Shown: positions 58,301-64,000 of the stretch, one piece after another | Layout of the letters: every line of letters begins with the position of its first letter | Position numbering within the stretch: the stretch's first letter is position 1 | Translations under genes and position numbers: made by a program | Assembly: GCF_052425735.1 (NCBI RefSeq) | Contig: NC_135758.1 | Coordinates: 36,084,001-36,148,000, forward strand | Length of the DNA: 64,000 nucleotides | Source of the DNA: Oculina patagonica | Taxonomy: Eukaryota | Reading direction: 5' to 3' | The notes under the pieces: model-generated | Databases searched by the model: none | What the model saw: the letters and a program-made list of their open reading frames with translations, nothing else | Told to the model about the DNA's origin: nothing

Positions 58301-60101
58301 TCCGTTGTGGAGGCTGTACGGGGCCTATATTCACAGTTGCTTGGATGGGACCAGCAGCACCATTGTAACCGGCTATGTCGGGGTTGAAGACTCTGTCGTA
58401 TGACTGCAGCAGCTGTTGAAACTTGAGACGGGTTTCATCTGGCAGCAATTTGTCGGGGTCTAAGGACACGGAAGACGAGACAGCTTCTACAACTTGAGGT
58501 TCAGGCCAAATGCAGGTGGGTTTGGTGTGTTTCGATATTGGGGTGTCTGTGCGCGGTTGAAGTGCTAGTACGCAATCGTCACCTAGGTCGGAAGGGATGT
58601 CCAGTTCCAAGTATTCACCAGGCCAAACAACGGTTGCGGAGGAGGAAGCGCGTAGGACGTAACTTTGTGCACGTCGCACAGCATGAGAGCCAGTTGAATC
58701 ACTATCAAGGTCATAATGTATGACCTCAGAGTCCTGAATACGTACTTGGCACAAAGCGGGACGGACGGTGATGTCGTTAGCAATAAGGAAGGGTGTGCCA
58801 GCCAGGACGTCTACGTCTAAGTCGTCAACAACGAGGGCGTCAAGACCGAGTTGTTTGTCTGCTCGGGATAAGATGAGGTGAGTTTCCCCAGCTACAGCTA
58901 AGGGAGTCATGCCGTCGGCTTGTAAAGCTTGCTGGGAAGACTTTACAATGGTTGCACCAATTGAACGGGCCACGGATGACTTGATCATACTAGTCTCTGC
59001 ACCTGTGTCTAGGGTCAGTCGGAGTGGATGCTGTTTGTAAAAAGCCTTAAAGTGGGGTGACTGTTTAGTGCTGACACGGCGTGAAACTGTACGAGCTGTA
59101 GTGTGTGGAGGGGGGTCGTCCTCGTCGGGGAAGGCTGAGGGCACATAGTCTGAGTAGTCAGGTTCCTCGTCGTCAAGGGTAGAGGTAAGGCGAGAACGAG
59201 AAAGGTAAGTACGGTCCTCCGGAGGTAAATATGAGCATGCACTTAAGAAGTGCTGGTCGTTGCGACCAGCTTGTTTACATAAAGGACAGGACCTCGGTCG
59301 CCTCGGAGGCCATGGTTGTGCAGAAGACTTAACGGAGGGGCGAGGAGGTGGCTGCTTGAACCGTGAAGCAGTGGTTCGGAGAACTTTGGTGTCGGCGTTG
59401 GAGCGAATCTCATCGAGAAGAGAGTCTAGCGCCTGCGAGATTTCAGGTTTTAAGGAAGCAAGTGTTCTTGATCTTAACTCAGTTCCGTAGCGCTGCTTGA
59501 CAAGGGCAGGTAGATCGTTATGAATGAGTCTTAGCCAGGTTAAAACCACGAAATTCTCAAGTGTGGGTGACAGTTCCTCATCAACAGTAATGACTTCCCC
59601 ATGGTGGGTTATGTTGCCATTTGCAACAAGCAAATTATCTTCAGTGAAGGACATTAACCGTTGAAACAAGTCTTCAGGGCGTTCATCAACTTCGAGTTTA
59701 ATGTTAGAGAAATCTAGAAAATGAGCACCCGTGGACTGAAAGCCAAAGTGGGACCTTATTGCTTGCCAAATGGACTTGACTGAAGTGGTATTCTTCACAA
59801 TGGTATTGCGTGAAATAACGGGGCAAAAATTTGCTATCTGACCTAACATGAGTTCAAGGTGTACGTTCTTCTGTGCGGCGGTACGTCGGCGAGTTGATGG
59901 GACGTCTTCCCCATCGGTAGTGAGCCCTCTATTGGGGGCAGTGGACGACTTTTTCTGCCATGTAAAATTGTCTGCTAAAAACGGGGCGAAATTAGCGTCT
60001 AAAGACAGGGAATACTGAAGATTCTGGCGCCAGGCTTCAAATGATGTGATACTTTCATTCTTTGTTAGGGACCACTGTTTCGGGGCTCTATTTGAATGCA
60101 T
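55326..60101 (-). CDS. Gag-pol polyprotein (1591 aa from the first ATG; frame open from 60224)
   Basis: Uninterrupted ORF with zinc knuckle CPLC-x8-H-x4-C, protease LDTGA, RT TDLTRAFYQI / MGMPGS / LADD, RNase H TDGS..EVEALS..TDSKP..SDFTSR, integrase H-H-C-C finger and D..D..E core (ATDV, RVDP, VAEK), and a Pro-rich tail. Confidence 0.95.
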   Translation of the reverse strand: MHSNRAPKQWSLTKNESITSFEAWRQNLQYSLSLDANFAPFLADNFTWQKKSSTAPNRGLTTDGEDVPSTRRRTAAQKNVHLELMLGQIANFCPVISRNTIVKNTTSVKSIWQAIRSHFGFQSTGAHFLDFSNIKLEVDERPEDLFQRLMSFTEDNLLVANGNITHHGEVITVDEELSPTLENFVVLTWLRLIHNDLPALVKQRYGTELRSRTLASLKPEISQALDSLLDEIRSNADTKVLRTTASRFKQPPPRPSVKSSAQPWPPRRPRSCPLCKQAGRNDQHFLSACSYLPPEDRTYLSRSRLTSTLDDEEPDYSDYVPSAFPDEDDPPPHTTARTVSRRVSTKQSPHFKAFYKQHPLRLTLDTGAETSMIKSSVARSIGATIVKSSQQALQADGMTPLAVAGETHLILSRADKQLGLDALVVDDLDVDVLAGTPFLIANDITVRPALCQVRIQDSEVIHYDLDSDSTGSHAVRRAQSYVLRASSSATVVWPGEYLELDIPSDLGDDCVLALQPRTDTPISKHTKPTCIWPEPQVVEAVSSSVSLDPDKLLPDETRLKFQQLLQSYDRVFNPDIAGYNGAAGPIQATVNIGPVQPPQRKGRVPQYSRNQLVELQAKFDELEQAQVFRRPEDLGITVEYLNPSFLLKKPSGGHRLVTAFADVARYSKPQPSLMPDVDTTLRTITPWRYMIQTDLTRAFYQIPLSQSSLKYCGVATPFRGIRVYTRSAMGMPGSETALEEMMCRVLGDLIQEGCVAKLADDLYCGGDTPETLLTNWRRVLEALDRCNLRLSPTKTVICPKSTTILGWIWSQGRLSASPHRIAVLQSCPPPQSVKGLRSFIGAYKVLSRVLPNCSDIVDPLESTLTGLQSNDKLLWDENLTFRFKRAQEYLSKHKSIVLPRPSDTLWIVTDGSVTKRGLGATLYVTRESHLSLAGFYSAKLRKHQVTWLPCEVEALSIAAAVKHFAPFIIQSQQPTTVLTDSKPCVQAIEKLCRGEFSASPRVTSFLTTVSRYQVSLQHLAGKANLPSDFTSRNAPDCSEPKCQICTFVHEMEDSVVRSVSIQDILDKKSNLPFTTRSAWLQIQNDCPDLRRVHAHLKQGTRPSKKITNIRDVKRYLSCTSIARDGVLVVKHSKPFVPVSEAIVVPRSVLDGLLTALHIKLNHPSRHQLQMVFQRQFFALDMSDAISCVTSACHTCASLQSFPSTLVSQSSDDPPEVIGISFATDVIKRHRQFILVLRECSTSLTASCLIPDEKHDTLRDALTKLIVGLHPLDGPRAVIRVDPAPGFSSLSNNDSLEHLNVSIDVGRIKNKNHNPVAEKAVRELEEELLRQEPGGGPVGEVGLALATARLNSRLRFSGLSSLELWTQRNQFTHEQLPLSDYQLILDRHKHRSTNHAYSEKSKNPRGLVANTPPLQVGDIVYLFSDKDKSRARDRYVVVSIDTPWCFVKKFRGSQLRATSYKVKLSECYSVPSSIIVPSLPGPSAPPDMDVEPPVTPAVSPAPVHPVLPPPAPPELITIPSDEEQVPSFTSDDTPLDTISRSPSPVAVQDESSTNVAVTDQPLLSPPNFPDHPASRPQRQRRPPSHLQDYVRF

Positions 60102-60270
60102 GTTTAACACAGTAACAGTAAGGAACAGTGAAGTTATACTTTCCTTACGATGAGACGGCTGTTCAGAGTTCACTCGACCATAGGATAGGTAGACTCGTTG
60201 TTGCTTGGACCAGCGAGACGACACTCAGGCTCTTGAGGACGTGGATTAATCGTCGCTGCCACCACGCCAA

Positions 60271-60427
60271 TGTTTAAGAGACAAGAACGCACGTCACAAC
60301 GAAAGAACTTCAACAGCAGTTTTTAATGCAACCAAGATGGCTGACATATTACACATACAGAACATGTGGCGCGAAAACATGCGCGCGCATACTACACTAC
60401 TAATGCCGCAGGCACTGCCTGCTGGCG
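60271..60427 (-). repeat. 5' LTR (outer dinucleotide missing)
   Basis: Starts TG on +; the outer end reads GGCG-TTG instead of GGCG-CA. Confidence 0.93.
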
Positions 60428-60492
60428 TTGAACATTTTAATACTATTTCTAAGACGAGGACAGATTTAACCATATGCTTTGAAAATATATTC

Positions 60493-60662
60493 TTTACTTT
60501 TTTTGATGCTCATTGTCTAAGAGTGGTACCCTGTTGTAATTATATTTGTCTTTAATATTTTTTCTTTTTCATTTTCAAAAATGCAAAATAATTTGGGAAA
60601 GTTCGAAACCCAAACCTGTGATTCCGTGCATGTATACGGTATGCCAGGTTGCACTAAGCTGT
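60493..60662 (-). CDS. Candidate terminal exons of the SPX gene (60662-60616 and 60530-60493)
   Basis: A 47-nt AG/GT-bounded segment (phase 0 to 2) reads TA*CNLAYRIHARNHR with an in-frame TAG at 60654-60656. An AG acceptor then leads into (R)VPLLDNEHQKK-TAA, which resembles XPR1 RVPPL. ATTAAA follows near 60436-60441. Similarity is weak. Confidence 0.35.
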
Positions 60663-60681
60663 CTAGAAAATAATGACTTAA

Positions 60682-61053
60682 AGGGGCTATGTCACCGTAT
60701 TTTACTATTTTTGTTATTTAAGAGGTCTTAACTTCAAAATGGCAGAGCAAAAGTCTCTTATATTGGCAAACTCACGGCCACATAACAAACAAGGATGATT
60801 TTCTAGCATTGTAAATGACACTTTCAGACAAATTAAGATAAACTTGAAAAAAGTTGGGCCAACGTTTTTCAAGTTTACCCGAATGCAATCCGTTTTAATC
60901 TTCGCGAATTTTGCCCATCCATGCCCCTTTTTGGCCTTTCTGTGTTTCTTTTGAGTTCTTCTACAGTTTTAAGCCATTATTGTGATATTTCAGTAAATTC
61001 TATGACCAGTTGGTCAGTGCCACAATTGCCTAAAATTGCGTGACATAGCCCCT
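60682..61053. mobile_element. Kolobok-like MITE
   Basis: TTAA-AGGGGCTATGTCAC...GTGACATAGCCCCT-TTAA. Confidence 0.8.
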
Positions 61054-61083
61054 TTAAACAAAATGATCGAGTCTCTCACACAC

Positions 61084-63348
61084 CTCAGTCTCTAGAATAA
61101 GCTCATCTACACGCTTGTTAACAAAGAAATCTGCCACTTCCACTTTTTCTTGTCTGTACTGAGCACCATTAGGGGTTTCAAAAACCTGTTGAACAAACAA
61201 ATAACAAAATGTAATCAGCAATAATGGCTGATTTAAACAGGGTTACCAAACATAAAGTGATCCATACAAAAAATAGACTTGTTTCAAAATGATTACATTT
61301 TCTTAAATTATCAGACAAGTTTCACATACAATTTACATAAAATTGTTTATTATTACGGTAAATTCTTATTGACTGCTAGTAATTATAATTAAAATGTAAT
61401 TAATTTTGCAATGTACCTTATCATGTTTTTTGAGAATTTTCCTAAATCCAGTAAAATTAAGTTGCTGAAAGATAAAAAAAACACTAATTAAAACTAGATG
61501 CATGCAATTTTAACGACGTCCTATTCAGCGGAAGTAGCAGTACTCCAGGGGAGTTGCTTGTTGTCTTTTCAAGGGTGTAAATTACAGATTTTGGTACGTC
61601 TTCAGGCAATCAGGATGGAATACCAAATGTTTTTACCCAGCATGGTATCTTTGTTAGTACTGGCTCTTTAGTTATTAGGTCATCGCGGTTAGCCTAAATA
61701 GCACTTTGGTTGGCCTAAATGGCACTCCGGTTAGTGCAAATAGCATTCCTCTAAGCCCACAGTTAGCTTAGGTAGCTTGCAGTCAGCTTTTTTATTTAGA
61801 GTAGGGATTTCTGCCTCGCATGCCTTGCTGCTCTGCCTCACATGCCTCACTACCTCGCCTCACACGCCTTGCATGCCTCGCTGTCTCGCACATTTGTAAG
61901 ACTCCTCTTATTTGTCTGTCTGTTTTAGACTGATGTCCCTCAGGGGTCTAATAAAGCTTGAGCCAAGATTTCTCTCTTTTAAACTATAGGGGTTTATCTT
62001 GGTAACTGGGTTGGCTTGCCTTCTCCCCACCCCTTGGGACCTCAAGTCACTTTGTAACTAAAGAAGCTGGACTTTCAGGGCTGGCAGTGATAAGCAATTA
62101 CTAGATCCAACCTCGTGGACTGGTATAGACTTAGCAACATTTTATTAGTTAACAAACATGAGCGCACCTGATAATTCTGTAGAAGAATCAAGCTAAGATA
62201 AAACTCTCCAAATGCAAATTTCAGCTGGTTGACTGTCTTCTTTGCTTTGACCTTGACCTTGTTGCTTGGTTCAGGAGCTAGCGTCACTTTCCTTGATGAA
62301 GCCAGAGTGCTGAGACTGGGCCCTACCTTAAGGGAGCCAGCAACATGGAGTTCATTTTTGAGAGCTGTGAACTTGCGACCAGCTTCAGCAATTTTTTCTG
62401 GGAAAAGGGATGAAATGAAATAGCCAAGCCAATTTCAATCAAATTTAATCCATCAAAAGAATTATTTAAATTTGAATGCATAAATTTTAAAGTTTAACTC
62501 TAAAGTATCATTTTTTTGTTTAATGATAACATTTATTTAGTATTACTATTATCTTTCATTTTATATTCCGCTTCAAATAGCTTATTACGCGTCTACAAAG
62601 TAAGTTTACCTGCAAAGAACATATTAATTTTTTCTAGTTCCTCATTGCAAAAACTAAACCACTGCTCCTCAAACTTGGAAAAATAACTCTGTACAATGGA
62701 GTCAGGATTTTCTGCAAATGAATGGTAAATGATGTATCAGGTAAATTCTATTGATGTAATACTATGTAGATCTACTGTTAAACACAATAATCTGACCAAT
62801 GTTCAAGCCAGCATCTCAGTTGAAAGTTGACCTTCCTTTAAAAGACTCCCGAGTGTAGTTGATGTTCATACACAAGTGACCTTATCTCCATTTACAATAA
62901 ATGTATACAAAATGGCTTCTCCAGCTGATGTTAATTTTGTTGGATGTTTCATATTATTATTCAACACATGCTTGCGCTGCCCATATATGGTCAAAATGTT
63001 AACGATATCTGTCATCCGTACATAACAGATATCTTGCGATATACGTAGGTTGCGAAGATTCGTTCGAAATAATTACAGTTTTTCTTTCTCCAAAATGTGT
63101 TTCGTTGACAATTTGTTGAATAATAAAACAATATTATCCTGCTCAATCTTGCGGAATATCGTCTGATTTTAGCCGACGAGGCCGTAGGCTAAGGCTAAGT
63201 ATCAGGCGATATTCCGCGTGATTTCGCAGGATAATTGTTAAATATTATCAGTAGTTACAAGAAAACAATATCAGAACATTTAACATCAAATCTTACCATC
63301 CTTCCTAGGCATCTTTTCCAGTCCATCATAAATCACTTCTTTAAGTTG
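61084..63348 (-). CDS. XPR1: XPR1-like SPX-domain gene, partial (exon 1 lies beyond the window; no EXS/TM exons visible)
   Basis: Exons: 63348-63297 (QLKEVIYDGLEKMPRKD), 62711-62610 (YFSKFEEQWFSFCNEELEKINMFFA), 62397-62168 (EKIAEAGRKF...LKFAFGEFYLSLILLQNYQ), 61464-61417 (QLNFTGFRKILKKHDK), 61185-61084 (VFETPNGAQYRQEKVEVADFF...ILETE). All GT-AG and in phase. They match the SPX domain of XPR1, including the lysine cluster. Confidence 0.9.
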
Positions 63349-63643
63349 CTTGTGTTTGCAATAACAAAAAAAGAAACATTATTCAACTATTTATTGCATA
63401 TATATACATGTACTGCACAGTAACCTTATCAGCTACAATGTCCTGATCGCGACAGAAGGATATTAGTAATTTGAAAAAGGTTAAAACACATCAGTGGGCT
63501 ATAAATAAGTATAACTGGGAGGGTTTAACAAAGGGGAGCATTAATCATAATAATAATTGTGACAATCTGCCAACTTCATTGTCTCCATCGTCTCTGGAAT
63601 CACACAATTTTGAGAGGAAAGCCCTGGGAATGAGGTTGTCTGG

Positions 63644-63955
63644 CATTCTCGTCCCCAATGTGGCTTGCCCCTCTTAGCTGGCAGGGCATGGGGCACAAGA
63701 AACAAGTGGCTTTGGGGATACTTGGTTTGATTGGCGAGATCTTCAACAAAGGAAATTTAATTAAAGCAAATCAAATCAACCATTTTAAAATCCCTTTGTT
63801 GTATGAGATTTTACTATGGTTGATTTGATTGGCTAGATTTAAATTCTCTTTGCTAAAAATCTAGCCAATCAAATCATGTGTCCCCAGAGCCACTTGTTTC
63901 TCGTGCCCCAGGCTCTGCGGGCTAAGAGGGACAAGTAGCTGTAGGGACAAGAATG
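63644..63955. mobile_element. Palindromic MITE with 10-bp TSD
   Basis: CATTCTCGTCCCCA...TAGGGACAAGAATG with long imperfect arms; GGTTGTCTGG duplicated at 63634-63643 and 63956-63965. Confidence 0.8.
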
Positions 63956-64000
63956 GGTTGTCTGGCTGATTGCACACAACATGGGACTGGGACTAAAAAA

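Larger units (their letters stand above)
54963..60427 (-). mobile_element. Gypsy/Ty3 LTR retrotransposon, apparently full length and very recent
   Basis: LTRs at 54963-55119 and 60271-60427 are identical over the 155 comparable bases. PBS-like TGGCGTGGTGGCAGCG lies just inside the 5' LTR (about 60254-60269) and polypurine tract AGGTGAGAAGAGG before the 3' LTR (about 55121-55133). One gag-pol ORF in PR-RT-RH-IN order. Confidence 0.95.

Noticed and set aside
58460-58510. Suspected in-frame deletion in the Gypsy PR-RT linker (EAV/SSSVSL)
   Set aside because: Based only on an impression from related elements; it cannot be supported without an alignment.
55432-59490. Antisense and alternative-frame ORFs within the Gypsy ORF
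   Set aside because: Expected shadow ORFs of a GC-richer coding region.
54026-61084. In-frame SPX-laminin fusion gene
   Set aside because: It spans an assembly gap, and a cytosolic SPX fused to a signal-less extracellular chain is implausible without transcript evidence.

Overview
Intron-rich animal genomic DNA; the repeat families suggest a stony coral or related cnidarian (inference). Three spliced genes can be reconstructed by hand. (1) A complete 22-exon ABHD16A/BAT5 lipase gene on + (1831-23999, 533 aa). (2) A 5'-incomplete 23-exon laminin chain on - (32201-54026) that carries both a beta-type IV-B domain and a gamma-type IV-A domain. (3) Five SPX-domain exons of an XPR1-like gene on - (61084-63348), which may end as a stand-alone SPX protein. 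Intron 4 of ABHD16A (10.5 kb) is almost entirely a nest of mobile elements: a hAT-like MITE split by a non-autonomous Helentron, which itself holds a TA-flanked MITE and a 7.07-kb near-perfect palindrome with 3.35-kb arms. The window also has an apparently intact, very young Gypsy LTR retrotransposon beside a 500-N scaffold gap, a decayed Academ transposon, Kolobok-, Crypton-, LINE- and SINE-type relics, and many MITEs. All coordinates and identities were read by eye; no alignments or database searches were run.
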